A DNA stretch of 54,903 nucleotides from a virus (taxonomy: Duplodnaviria; Caudoviricetes), in IMG/VR virus record IMGVR_UViG_3300005611_000036, positions 1 through 54,903 of that record. The stretch is one strand, 5' to 3'. The position numbers and the translations under genes were made by a program. Shown piece after piece: positions 28,221 through 38,460 of this stretch (position 1 is the first letter of the stretch; the number at the start of each line of letters is the position of its first letter). The notes under the pieces were generated by a model, which searched no databases, had not been told where the DNA came from, and worked only from the letters and a program-made list of their open reading frames with translations.

Positions 28221-28481
28221 ATGTCAAACGACGCAAAAATTACCGAAGAGCAATTACAAAAACTACAACAATTTGTACAGACTCTAAACCAAGCACAAAT
28301 GCAATTAGGGCAGCTAGACGTACAAAAGCACAGCCTATTGCATCAAACCGTTGAAATCCAAGGACAATTACAAACGTTCCAAAAAGAACTTGAAGAAGAA
28401 TACGGAAAGGTATCTGTAAATATTCAAGATGGAACTTACGTAGCAATCCCGGAAGAAGATGAATCTGATAAGAAAGATTAG
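28221..28481 (+). CDS. Hypothetical coiled-coil protein
   Basis: Q/L heptads; EEEYGKVSVNIQDG. Confidence 0.7.
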   Translation: MSNDAKITEEQLQKLQQFVQTLNQAQMQLGQLDVQKHSLLHQTVEIQGQLQTFQKELEEEYGKVSVNIQDGTYVAIPEEDESDKKD

Positions 28482-28677
28482 TATCGGGAGAGACTATAAA
28501 AATGAAGCTATGCATTACTCCGTAGGTCAAGAGGTCTACGGAGGGCATACTATTTGTGATATAGTTGAGGAAGATAATAAATACAGTATTTATATTAAAA
28601 AAAACAATGAAGTATTGCCCTGGAAAGATTTTAATAAAAACATGGCAGTAGCAGTTGAATATAATTTAGAATATTAA
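28459..28677 (+). CDS. Hypothetical phage protein
   Basis: IRKISIGRDYKNEAMHYSVGQEV. Confidence 0.7.
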   Translation: MNLIRKISIGRDYKNEAMHYSVGQEVYGGHTICDIVEEDNKYSIYIKKNNEVLPWKDFNKNMAVAVEYNLEY

Positions 28678-29285
28678 TGCGAAGCATTTTTAATTTTATA
28701 GTTGAGCCAAAAGAAGAACGTTATAATAACAAAAAACAAATTGGCGATAACGAATTAATATTAAATACAGAAATATCTGATCACAGGTATATTAGTAGAA
28801 ATGCTATTGTGCTTGAAACCCCACTTGCTGAAAAAACAGATATTAAAAAAGGCGATGAAGTAATCGTACATCATAACGTTTTTCGCAGGTGGTACGATGT
28901 TCGTGGTAAAGAAAAAAATTCTTCAAGTTATTTTGAAGAAGATAAATACTTTATAACGACTGACCAAATTTTTTTATATAAGCGCAAAGATAAATGGCAC
29001 GCACCTAAAGGTTTTTGTTTTGTTAAACCTTTAAAATCAAATGATAAATTTACTACCGACCAAGAAAGACCTTTAATAGGTATTATAAAATATACTGATA
29101 AGGCTTTAGAAAAAAACGGTATTAAAAATGAATGCTTAGTTGGTTTTACACCTTCAAGTGAATATGAATTTGTTATAGAAGACGAAAGAATGTACCGCGT
29201 GCCCACCAATTCAATTTCAATTAAATATGAGTATCAAGGAGACGAAGAAGAATATAATCCAAGCTGGGCACAAAGCAGTGGATGA
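28677..29285 (+). CDS. Tandem GroES-like (Cpn10-fold) protein
   Basis: Two units: FIVEP..AIVLETP..IKKGDEVIV and FCFVKP..GIIKY..GIKNECLVGF..EFVIEDERMYRV. Confidence 0.55.
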   Translation: MRSIFNFIVEPKEERYNNKKQIGDNELILNTEISDHRYISRNAIVLETPLAEKTDIKKGDEVIVHHNVFRRWYDVRGKEKNSSSYFEEDKYFITTDQIFLYKRKDKWHAPKGFCFVKPLKSNDKFTTDQERPLIGIIKYTDKALEKNGIKNECLVGFTPSSEYEFVIEDERMYRVPTNSISIKYEYQGDEEEYNPSWAQSSG

Positions 29286-29502
29286 GCTTATAAAAGTTGC
29301 TGAAGAAAAAATCATTACTAATACTGAAGATGATGTATCGGCAGATAGGCTTAAAAATGCTGCGGCAACAAAAAAGCTAGCCATCTTTGATGCTTTTGAA
29401 ATATTGAATAGAATTCAAGAAGAAGAAGCTATACTTGAAAACAGACCGCGCGAAGAAAAAAAAGAAGCGTTTAAAGGCTTTGCTGAAAAAAGAAGTAAGT
29501 AA
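29227..29502 (+). CDS. Putative terminase small subunit
   Basis: Small helical protein immediately upstream of terL. Confidence 0.5.
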   Translation: MSIKETKKNIIQAGHKAVDELIKVAEEKIITNTEDDVSADRLKNAAATKKLAIFDAFEILNRIQEEEAILENRPREEKKEAFKGFAEKRSK

Positions 29503-31721
29503 TGTATCGGCAAACTTTATTTAAGGTTATAGAGCCTATTAAAATAAACAAGCTTAAGCGTTTTAATAAAGCTAAGCGCTGGAAATATGGTTATGACAAA
29601 GAAGAAGATATTGTTATTATAAGTAAGACCGGGCAAATTGGTGACGTGTATAGCATACAAAATTTAAAAATAGCTTTGCCGCCTGCACCTGCTAAATTAA
29701 GTAAAGGTGAAAATAAATGGGTTAAAGCAGAATATCCAAAAGAGCTTAGTAAAATAAAAACTATATTTGATTGGAAAAGCTATCCGCCAGAGTTTCAAGA
29801 AAAATGGGAGCCATATATAGATGAAGAATTTAGAAGACGCGAAGAAGGCTATTGGTTTTATAATAAAGATAAACCTACTTATATTACTGGCACTAATTAT
29901 ATGTACCTACAGTGGACGAAAATTGATGTTGGAGCACCGGAGTTTAGAGAAGCGAATAGACTCTTTTTCATATTTTGGGAAGCCTGCAAGGCCGACTCTA
30001 GATCTTATGGAATGTGCTATCTCAAAAATCGACGCTCGGGTTTTTCTTTCATGGCATCGGCTGAAACCGTTAACTGGGCGACCATTTCTAGTGATGCACG
30101 CTTCGGGATATTGTCCAAATCTGGCTCCGATGCGAAGAAAATGTTCACAGATAAGGTTGTACCAATATCAATAAACTACCCGTTCTTTTTTAAGCCTATA
30201 CAAGATGGTATGGATCGGCCCAAAACAGAATTAGCATATAGAGTGCCCGCATCTAAATTAACAAGAAAGTCAATACAATCAGGACAACAGCGCGAAGAAC
30301 TTGAAGGTCTTGACACAACTATTGACTGGAAAAATACAGGCGATAACAGCTATGATGGTGAAAAACTAAAACTGTTAGTGCACGACGAAAGCGGTAAGTG
30401 GGAAAGACCTGATAACATATTAAATAACTGGAGGGTTACTAAAACTACACTCAGGCTAGGTAGCAGAGTTATCGGTAAGTGTATGATGGGATCAACATCA
30501 AACGCATTAGATAAAGGCGGTGAAAACTTTAAAAAACTATATAATGACTCAGATGTTACAAAAAGAAACCGCAATGGACAGACTCGCAGCGGATTATATA
30601 GCTTGTTCATACCTATGGAATGGAATTACGAAGGATTCATTGATTCTTATGGACACCCTGTATTCGATACGCCGAAAGAACCAACTGAGGGGCCATACGG
30701 CGACATTATAGACGTCGGGGTCATAGAACATTGGGATAATGAGGTTGACGGGCTAAAAGGCGACCAGGACGGCTTAAACGAATATTACCGCCAGTTTCCA
30801 AGAACGGAAGAACACGCATTCCGCGACGAAACAAAAAATAGTATATTTAATTTAGCTCGCATATATGAGCAAATTGATTATAATGATGATATAGAGTCTT
30901 TAGCCGGTATTACAACCGGTAGTTTTCAATGGGAAAACGGTATTAAAGATAGTAAAGTTATTTTTAGTCCTAATCCTAATGGTAGATTTAAAGTAAGTTG
31001 GGTGCCGCCTGCAAAACTGCAAAACCGCGTGATAGTAAAGAACGGGGTGAAATATCCCGGGAATGAACATATTGGCGCGTTTGGCTGCGATAGTTACGAT
31101 ATATCAGGTACTACAGACGGTCAGGGATCTAAGGGCGCATTGCACGGGCTAACAAAGTTTAGTATGGAAGATGTGCCGGCAAATATGTTTTTTTTAGAAT
31201 ATGTAGCACGTCCTCAAACAGCAGAAATGTTTTTTGAAGATGTGCTTATGGCATTAGCCTTTTATGGGATGCCGTTGCTTGCGGAAAATAACAAACCTAG
31301 ACTATTATATTATTTAAGAAGAAGAGGCTATCGTGGATTTTCAATGAATAGACCCGACAGAGCAAGAAATAAATTATCTGTTACGGAAAAAGAAATTGGT
31401 GGAATCCCTAACTCTTCTGAAGATGTACGGCAAGCACACGCTGCCGCCATTGAATCATATATAGAAAAATATGTTGGTGTATTAGAAAATGGTGAATACG
31501 GTAATATGTATTTTAATAATACACTAAATGATTGGGCAAAATTTGATATAAATAAACGTACAAAGTTTGATGCTGCTATTAGCTCAGGTTTAGCTATTAT
31601 GGCTTGCAATAAAAATTTATATGCGCCTAATCAAGAAAAAACAAAATTAAAGCTTAATTTGAACATCGCTAGATACAAAAACGATGGTTCACAATCAAAA
31701 ATAATAAAAAATTATGGCTGA
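29502..31721 (+). CDS. terL: Terminase large subunit
   Basis: Walker A-like LKNRRSGFS, Walker B LLVHDESGKW, GST, nuclease GCDSYD, ENNK, FDAAISSG. Confidence 0.9.
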   Translation: MYRQTLFKVIEPIKINKLKRFNKAKRWKYGYDKEEDIVIISKTGQIGDVYSIQNLKIALPPAPAKLSKGENKWVKAEYPKELSKIKTIFDWKSYPPEFQEKWEPYIDEEFRRREEGYWFYNKDKPTYITGTNYMYLQWTKIDVGAPEFREANRLFFIFWEACKADSRSYGMCYLKNRRSGFSFMASAETVNWATISSDARFGILSKSGSDAKKMFTDKVVPISINYPFFFKPIQDGMDRPKTELAYRVPASKLTRKSIQSGQQREELEGLDTTIDWKNTGDNSYDGEKLKLLVHDESGKWERPDNILNNWRVTKTTLRLGSRVIGKCMMGSTSNALDKGGENFKKLYNDSDVTKRNRNGQTRSGLYSLFIPMEWNYEGFIDSYGHPVFDTPKEPTEGPYGDIIDVGVIEHWDNEVDGLKGDQDGLNEYYRQFPRTEEHAFRDETKNSIFNLARIYEQIDYNDDIESLAGITTGSFQWENGIKDSKVIFSPNPNGRFKVSWVPPAKLQNRVIVKNGVKYPGNEHIGAFGCDSYDISGTTDGQGSKGALHGLTKFSMEDVPANMFFLEYVARPQTAEMFFEDVLMALAFYGMPLLAENNKPRLLYYLRRRGYRGFSMNRPDRARNKLSVTEKEIGGIPNSSEDVRQAHAAAIESYIEKYVGVLENGEYGNMYFNNTLNDWAKFDINKRTKFDAAISSGLAIMACNKNLYAPNQEKTKLKLNLNIARYKNDGSQSKIIKNYG

Positions 31722-34137
31722 GTCAGTTGTAAAAAGTTATTTTCCTAGCCAAACAGTTAGCGATGTAGAAAAAGCAAGCCCAGAATACGGACTTGAAATA
31801 GCGCGTGCTATTGAACACGAATGGTTTAAAAGAGATTCAGCCACAAATAGGTTTTATGTAAACCAAAATGCATATCATAATTTACGTTTATATGCCCGCG
31901 GCGAACAATCTGTTCAAAAATATAAAGACGAGTTATCTATTAACGGTGACATGTCTTACCTTAACCTTGATTGGAAACCAGTACCAATTATACCTAAGTT
32001 TGTAGATATTGTAGTAAATGGCATGGCTAACCGTAGCTATGATATTAAAGCATATTCGCAAGATCCATTTGGCGTAGATAAACGCACTGAGTATATGGAA
32101 AGTATACTAAGAGATATGCAAACTAGAGAGCTTAATGATTTTGCGCAAGCTAATTTTGGTATCAACCTTCAAGAAAGTAATTTAGCTGAGCTCCCGGAAA
32201 ATGAAGAAGAACTGCAGTTACATATGCAGCTTAATTACAAACAAGCCATCGAAATTGCAGAAGAAGAAGCTATAAATGTTATTCTTAATAAGAATAGATA
32301 TGAATTAACTAAAAAGCAATTATATTATGATCTTGCTGTTTTAGGAACCGCTGCGGTAAAAACTACATACAACAATTCTGAAGGTATTAAAATTGATTAT
32401 GTAGACCCTGCTAATATTGTACATTCATATACTGAATCACCATATTATGACGATATATATTATATAGGCGAAATTAAAACAATACCAATAAACGAATTAA
32501 AGAAAGAGTTCCCTAATCTTACAAATGAAGATTTAGAAAAACTTTCTTCTGAAGGTTATTCAAATTATAGAATATATAATAGACATAATCCCATAGCTAA
32601 CAAAGAAGACTCTAATACAGTAGATATATTATATTTTAATTATAAAACTTTTCACAATGAAGTTTATAAGATAAAAGAAACAGCTACAGGAGCTAGTAAA
32701 GCTATTAAAAAAGACGATTCATTTAATCCGCCTAAAGACTCAAGAACAAGATTTGAAAGAGTTGCTACAAACATAGAAGTGTTATACGAAGGTGTTTATG
32801 TACCCGGAGCAAATATGCTTTTGCAGTGGCAGCTATGTAAAAACATGATGCGCCCAAAAAGCGATGCTAATAAGGTTAGAATGAATTATTCGGTGGTAGC
32901 GCCGCGTATGTATCAAGGACGTATTGAATCATTGGTTAGCCGCATTACCGGCTTCGCTGATATGATCCAGTTGACGCATTTAAAACTACAGCAAGTATTA
33001 TCTAGAATAGTGCCCGATGGAGTTTACATTGATGCGGATGGACTTTCAGAAATAGACTTAGGTAATGGCACAAATTATAACCCGCAAGAAGCATTAAATA
33101 TGTTCCTTCAAACAGGGTCTGTAATTGGTAGATCGTTTACTTCTGATGGCGATATGAACCCAGGCAAAGTACCGGTTCAACAAATATCAGCAAGCTCGGG
33201 TGGCAATAAAATTTCATCATTAATAAGTACATATAATTATTACTTACAGATGATGCGTGATGCCACTGGACTAAATGAAGCGCGTGATGGCAGTACACCA
33301 GACAGCAGGGCATTAGTTGGTATACAAAAAATTGCGGCGGCAAATTCAAATACCGCGACAAGACATATATTAAATGCAGGATTATTTTTAGCCGCAGAAA
33401 CTGCTGAAAAAATATCACTGCGTATTTCAGATGTTATTGAATATTCGCCAGCGCGTGAAGCATTTATTCAATCTATAGGTGTACATAATGTAGCAACGTT
33501 AGAAGAATTAAAAGAATTGCATATTCACGATTTTGGTATATTTATTGATTTAATGCCAGACGAAGAAGAAAAACAAATGCTTGAAAACAATATTCAAACT
33601 GCACTGTCAGCCGGGCTTATTGATTTAGAAGACGCAATTGATCTTCGTGAAATTAAAAATATTCAGCTTGCAAATCAAATGCTTAAAATACGTAGACGTA
33701 AGAAGTTAGAGCGCGATCAGCAAATACAGCAACAGAATATTCAAGCTCAGGCACAAGCGAATGCGCAATCACAACAAGTAGCTGCGCAGGCTGAAGTGCA
33801 AAAACAACAAGCATTAACGGCGCAAAAGGCTGAGTTAAAACAAATAGAATCGCAGCTTGATATGCAGCGATTAATGCAAGAAGCACAACTTAAGAAAGAT
33901 TTAATGCAGTTAGAGTTCCAAATGAACATGCAATTAAAAGGCATAGAAGTTGATGCGCAAAAACAAACAATTAAAGAAAAAGAAGATCGCAAAGATGATC
34001 GTACCAAATTACAGGCTACGCAACAAAGCGAACTTATTAATCAAAGAAAAAATAATTTACCGCCTAAGTCTTTCGAATCTGCTGGAAACGACATACTTAG
34101 TGGTGATTTTGACTTAGGTTCTTTTGAACCTAGGTAA
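31714..34137 (+). CDS. Portal protein
   Basis: 807 aa after terL; PIIPKFVDIVVNG, TGLNEARDG, Q-rich C-terminal coiled coil. Confidence 0.85.
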   Translation: MAESVVKSYFPSQTVSDVEKASPEYGLEIARAIEHEWFKRDSATNRFYVNQNAYHNLRLYARGEQSVQKYKDELSINGDMSYLNLDWKPVPIIPKFVDIVVNGMANRSYDIKAYSQDPFGVDKRTEYMESILRDMQTRELNDFAQANFGINLQESNLAELPENEEELQLHMQLNYKQAIEIAEEEAINVILNKNRYELTKKQLYYDLAVLGTAAVKTTYNNSEGIKIDYVDPANIVHSYTESPYYDDIYYIGEIKTIPINELKKEFPNLTNEDLEKLSSEGYSNYRIYNRHNPIANKEDSNTVDILYFNYKTFHNEVYKIKETATGASKAIKKDDSFNPPKDSRTRFERVATNIEVLYEGVYVPGANMLLQWQLCKNMMRPKSDANKVRMNYSVVAPRMYQGRIESLVSRITGFADMIQLTHLKLQQVLSRIVPDGVYIDADGLSEIDLGNGTNYNPQEALNMFLQTGSVIGRSFTSDGDMNPGKVPVQQISASSGGNKISSLISTYNYYLQMMRDATGLNEARDGSTPDSRALVGIQKIAAANSNTATRHILNAGLFLAAETAEKISLRISDVIEYSPAREAFIQSIGVHNVATLEELKELHIHDFGIFIDLMPDEEEKQMLENNIQTALSAGLIDLEDAIDLREIKNIQLANQMLKIRRRKKLERDQQIQQQNIQAQAQANAQSQQVAAQAEVQKQQALTAQKAELKQIESQLDMQRLMQEAQLKKDLMQLEFQMNMQLKGIEVDAQKQTIKEKEDRKDDRTKLQATQQSELINQRKNNLPPKSFESAGNDILSGDFDLGSFEPR

Positions 34138-34168
34138 TGTATAGTGTATAATCTTATAATATTTTATT

Positions 34169-35365
34169 ATGGCTGAAAATGTAGAAGCTAAGATAATTGA
34201 CAGCGAAGAGTTGTCAATTCAAGAAAAAGAACAGGCTGCGGCCGAAAAAGCAGGCGCTGTTTTTGAAGATGGCGTTTATAAAGTTGATTTAACCCAAAAA
34301 GAAGAAAATGCCGTTCAAGAGCAAAGCACAGATGAGGTTCCTGTTCGCGACGAACCCGAAGCTAGCCAAGAAGTGGCAGAAGAAGTACGGGATACCGAAG
34401 AACCTACCGAAGAAAAAGAAGTAATTTTAGAAGAAATTACTGAAGAAGAAACTACGGAAGAAAATATACAAGAAGAAGCGCAAGAATTAGCCGGCGAAGT
34501 TGAAGAGGCTATTCAAGAGCAAAAAGATTCTGGTATTGAGCTTCCGGAAAATATTCAAAAAGTTGTAGACTTCATTAATGAAACTGGAGGTACGCTTGAA
34601 GATTACGTAGCATTAAACAGAGATTATTCATCGGTTGATGATATGGCATTGTTACGTGATTATTATAAACAAAACAAGCCGCATTTATCTGCGGATGAAA
34701 TTGATTTTTTAATTGAAGATAGTTTTTCTTTTGATGAAGACGTAGATGACGAACGCGACATTAAACGCAAAAAACTACGTTTTAAAGAAGAAGTTGCTAC
34801 GGCACGTAAATCTTTAGAAGGATTAAAAGATCAATATTATAAAGAAATTAAAGCAGGATCTAAACTTACAGCTGACCAACAACAAGCTGTTGAGTTTTTT
34901 AATCGCTATAATAAAGAAACCGAAGAGTCATCTAAGGTAGCTGAACAACAAAAAAACATATTTTTACAAAAAACTGAGCAAGTTTTTAACGATCAATTCA
35001 AAGGTTTTGAATATAAGGTTGGAGATAAAAAATATCGTTTTAATGTTAAAAACGCAAATGAAGTAAAAACAGTCCAAAGCGACATAAATAACTTTATTAA
35101 GAAGTTTCTTAATAATGATAATGTTATGAGTGATGCTAAGGGTTACCATAAATCTTTATTTACAGCTATGAATCCAGATGCAATTGCTAATCACTTTTAT
35201 GAGCAGGGTCGCGCAGATGCTGTAAAAGAAAGTGCAAAAACTTCTAAAAACATTAGTATGGACCCGAGAGGGGTGCATAATAAAGCTAATGCAAGCGGAA
35301 AACCAGTGGCAAGAGTAATTGGCGATGATACTTCAAAATTAAAAATAAAACTAAAAAAATACTAA
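34169..35365 (+). CDS. Capsid scaffolding protein
   Basis: Very acidic N-half; lies between portal and capsid. Confidence 0.7.
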   Translation: MAENVEAKIIDSEELSIQEKEQAAAEKAGAVFEDGVYKVDLTQKEENAVQEQSTDEVPVRDEPEASQEVAEEVRDTEEPTEEKEVILEEITEEETTEENIQEEAQELAGEVEEAIQEQKDSGIELPENIQKVVDFINETGGTLEDYVALNRDYSSVDDMALLRDYYKQNKPHLSADEIDFLIEDSFSFDEDVDDERDIKRKKLRFKEEVATARKSLEGLKDQYYKEIKAGSKLTADQQQAVEFFNRYNKETEESSKVAEQQKNIFLQKTEQVFNDQFKGFEYKVGDKKYRFNVKNANEVKTVQSDINNFIKKFLNNDNVMSDAKGYHKSLFTAMNPDAIANHFYEQGRADAVKESAKTSKNISMDPRGVHNKANASGKPVARVIGDDTSKLKIKLKKY

Positions 35366-35376
35366 AAAAATAAAAA

Positions 35377-36822
35377 ATGGCAAATGTAAATTTTACTGGT
35401 GGCCTTCCAACTGAGTTTACTCCTTATGCAAGTAAAACAGTAACAACTGGAAACTACCTTAACTTTCACGGGGCTAGCGGTGCAAACTGGTCTCAACAAT
35501 ATCTACCTGAGCTTTACGAACAAGAAGTAGAGCGTTACGGTAACCGTTCAATCGCATCTTTCTTACGTATGGTAGGTGCAGAAATGCCTATGGCTTCTGA
35601 TCAAGTTATTTGGTCCGAGCAAGGGCGTTTGCACTTAGCTTATGAAGGAGCAGCGATTGACAATGCTGGTGTAATTACAATTGCAGGGGGCGGAACTCAC
35701 GCAGTGCGCGTTGGTCAAACTATTGTGCTTTCTGACAATGATACTACTCCAACCATTATTAAAGCTTATGTTAGCGCAGTAGCTTCTGACAATACAACTC
35801 TTACTGTAATTCCTTATTCTGGAGGAGCAACTGTAGGCGCTGTAGCAAACTTTCTAACTACTGATGATAACGCGGCTAATACTTGTACTTTCTTTGTTTA
35901 TGGTTCTGAATTTAAAAAGGGTCAACAAGGAATGTCTGGTTCTGTTACTCCTGAATTCCAATCTTTTACTAACAAACCAATTATCTTAAAAGATAAATTT
36001 GAAGTTTCAGGATCTGATGCTTCTCAAATTGGTTGGGTGGAAGTATCTGGTGAAGGTGGTCAATCAGGTTACTTATGGTACTTAAAAGCTGAAGGCGATA
36101 CTCGCGTTCGTTTTGAAGACTATCTTGAAACCGCAATGGTTGAAGCAGAATTTGCTAAAGCATCAGGTGGTGTAGATTCTATTTTAGGAACTGCTGCAAC
36201 TGATGATACCGCAGGTACTGAAGGACTTTTCGCGGCTATTACTGCAAGAGGTCACGTTGCGGCTGATGCGTTTGACACTAAAGACGATGTAATTTCAGAT
36301 TTCGATCTTATCTTAAAAGAACTTGATAAGCAAGGAGCTATTGAGGAAAACATGCTTTTTTTAAATAGAAACGCTAATCTAGTTATGGATGATGGCCTAG
36401 CTGAAATTTCTGCTGGTTCTGCCGGTGGTACTGCATTCGGTGTATTTGAAAACAGCGAAGATATGGCTTTAAATCTAGGATTTAGAGGTTTCCGTAGAGG
36501 TTCTTATGATTTTTATAAGAGCGACTGGAAATACCTTAACAACAAATCTACAAGAGGTTTATTTTCTGATATTGAAGGAGTATTAGTTCCTGCTGGTACG
36601 TCTTCTGTGTACGATCAAATTTTAGGTAAAAACATTCGTCGTCCATTCTTACACGTACGTTACAAAGCTTCTGAAGCAGATGATCGTCGTATGAAGTCTT
36701 GGATTACTGGATCTGTTGGTGGCGCTGCTACTAGCGATCTTGATGCGATGGAAGTACACTACCTATCTGAAAGATGTTTGGTTACACAAGCAGCTAACAA
36801 CTTTGTATTATTCAAAGCATAA
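35377..36822 (+). CDS. Major capsid protein
   Basis: 481 aa; highly biased codons; QQYLPELYEQEVERYGNR; followed by a terminator. Confidence 0.85.
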   Translation: MANVNFTGGLPTEFTPYASKTVTTGNYLNFHGASGANWSQQYLPELYEQEVERYGNRSIASFLRMVGAEMPMASDQVIWSEQGRLHLAYEGAAIDNAGVITIAGGGTHAVRVGQTIVLSDNDTTPTIIKAYVSAVASDNTTLTVIPYSGGATVGAVANFLTTDDNAANTCTFFVYGSEFKKGQQGMSGSVTPEFQSFTNKPIILKDKFEVSGSDASQIGWVEVSGEGGQSGYLWYLKAEGDTRVRFEDYLETAMVEAEFAKASGGVDSILGTAATDDTAGTEGLFAAITARGHVAADAFDTKDDVISDFDLILKELDKQGAIEENMLFLNRNANLVMDDGLAEISAGSAGGTAFGVFENSEDMALNLGFRGFRRGSYDFYKSDWKYLNNKSTRGLFSDIEGVLVPAGTSSVYDQILGKNIRRPFLHVRYKASEADDRRMKSWITGSVGGAATSDLDAMEVHYLSERCLVTQAANNFVLFKA

Positions 36823-36831
36823 TTATTAACT

Positions 36832-36873
36832 AATATCCAGGGTTGTTTAATATCAGCCCTGGGTATTATTTTT
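36832..36873 (+). terminator. Rho-independent terminator after the capsid gene
   Basis: AATATCCAGGGTTG..CAGCCCTGGGTATT hairpin followed by a T-rich tract. Confidence 0.7.
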
Positions 36874-36898
36874 ATTAATTTTTTTATTTTATTATATC

Positions 36899-37711
36899 AT
36901 GGCAAAAAAAGCTATAGCAGAAGAAACTATTGAGGTTGCGCCTCAACCAGTTGTTGCAAAAAAAACAACAATTAAAGAACCAGTTAAACCAAGCTGGGAA
37001 AGAAAAGATAGAACCTATTATTTATTAAACGGCATGGAGCCTTTGACATTTAGATTAAAGTCAAGGAATATAATGTGGTATGATGAAGAAAAAGGTTTTG
37101 AAAGAGAAATTAAATATACTACAAATCAAAAAACACCTTTTGTTGATGAATTTAAAGGCAGCGCACGTTTAGAGCATATTGTATTTAAAGATGGTGTTTT
37201 AAATGTTCCAAAAGAAAAAATAGTATTACAACAAATATTATCGCTTTATCATCCTGCAAAAAATAAAATATATGCAGAATTTGACGCTGAAATTGTTGCA
37301 GAAGATGAATTAACTTCTATAGAGCGAGAGTTTGAAGCATTGCAAATAGCAATGGAAATGGATATAGATCAGGCCGAGGCTATTATGCGTACTGAAATAG
37401 GAAGAGATGTAACAACAATGACATCTAAAGAGCTTAAAAGAGACTTAATGGTATTTGCTAAAAGAAATCCTAGACTACTTATAGAGCTTGCAAATGATGA
37501 AAATATTAATATAAGAAATATTGGTATTAAAGCCGTAGAGCAAGGAATCATTAAATTATCAAATGATCAGCGTACATTCATGTGGGCTAGCAATGACAGA
37601 AAGCTAATTACTGTGCCATTTGATGAAAACCCATATTCAGCTTTAGCTGCATACTTTAAAACCGACGAAGGTATTGAAGTATACCAAACAGTTGAAAAAC
37701 GATTAAAATAA
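36899..37711 (+). CDS. Conserved phage protein downstream of capsid
   Basis: ORF track; position. Confidence 0.65.
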   Translation: MAKKAIAEETIEVAPQPVVAKKTTIKEPVKPSWERKDRTYYLLNGMEPLTFRLKSRNIMWYDEEKGFEREIKYTTNQKTPFVDEFKGSARLEHIVFKDGVLNVPKEKIVLQQILSLYHPAKNKIYAEFDAEIVAEDELTSIEREFEALQIAMEMDIDQAEAIMRTEIGRDVTTMTSKELKRDLMVFAKRNPRLLIELANDENINIRNIGIKAVEQGIIKLSNDQRTFMWASNDRKLITVPFDENPYSALAAYFKTDEGIEVYQTVEKRLK

Positions 37712-37717
37712 GTGATA

Positions 37718-37758
37718 TTTAGGTATAGGCCTACAATATCCGTGGGCCTAACCTAAAA
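37718..37758 (+). other. Intergenic stem-loop
   Basis: TTTAGGT-ATAGGCCTAC..GTGGGCCTA-ACCTAAA. Confidence 0.5.
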
Positions 37759-37767
37759 TATTAAAAT

Positions 37768-38457
37768 ATGAGTGTAAATGTAAACACTGTATACCAAAGG
37801 GTATTAGCAATTACAAACAAAGAACAACGGGGCTACATTACACCTCAGGAATTCAACTACATGGCGAATCAAGCTCAATTAGATATATTTGAGCAATACT
37901 TCTATGATCTAAACCAATTCGCTAGACTACCAGGCAATAGCACAGAATATTCAGACATGCTGGATATACTAGAAGAAAAAATAAGTTTATTTGAAAAAGT
38001 TGGCGCTACTGTTACAGGTGGTATTACATTGCCGTCTGATGTGTATAGATTAGGCAGCATATTATATAATGGTATTGACGCTGAACATATAACGCAAAAA
38101 GACTGGTTATATATTAAAAAATCGCCGCTATCACAACCTTCAAATAATTTTCCCGTATATTTAAGAGATAGTGAAACAGATGCAATTAAAGTATATGCGG
38201 ATAGTATTACAGCAAATGAAACATCAGATGTAACTTGTAATTATATAAAAACCCCTGCAAATGCTAATTGGGCATATGATAATACTACAGGATTATATGA
38301 CTCAGGCAATTCAACAAACTTTGAGCTGCATGCGTCTGAAGAAACCGAATTGGTAATAAAAATATTAGCAATGGCTGGTATTGTATTAAAAGATCCAGGA
38401 TTATATCAGATTGGATCTGCGGAAGAAGTTAAAAGCGTTCAACAAGAAAAAGCATAA
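37768..38457 (+). CDS. Head-tail adaptor/ring protein
   Basis: NKEQRGYITPQEFN..AQLDIF; crAss-like gene order. Confidence 0.6.
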   Translation: MSVNVNTVYQRVLAITNKEQRGYITPQEFNYMANQAQLDIFEQYFYDLNQFARLPGNSTEYSDMLDILEEKISLFEKVGATVTGGITLPSDVYRLGSILYNGIDAEHITQKDWLYIKKSPLSQPSNNFPVYLRDSETDAIKVYADSITANETSDVTCNYIKTPANANWAYDNTTGLYDSGNSTNFELHASEETELVIKILAMAGIVLKDPGLYQIGSAEEVKSVQQEKA

Positions 38458-38460
38458 TAA

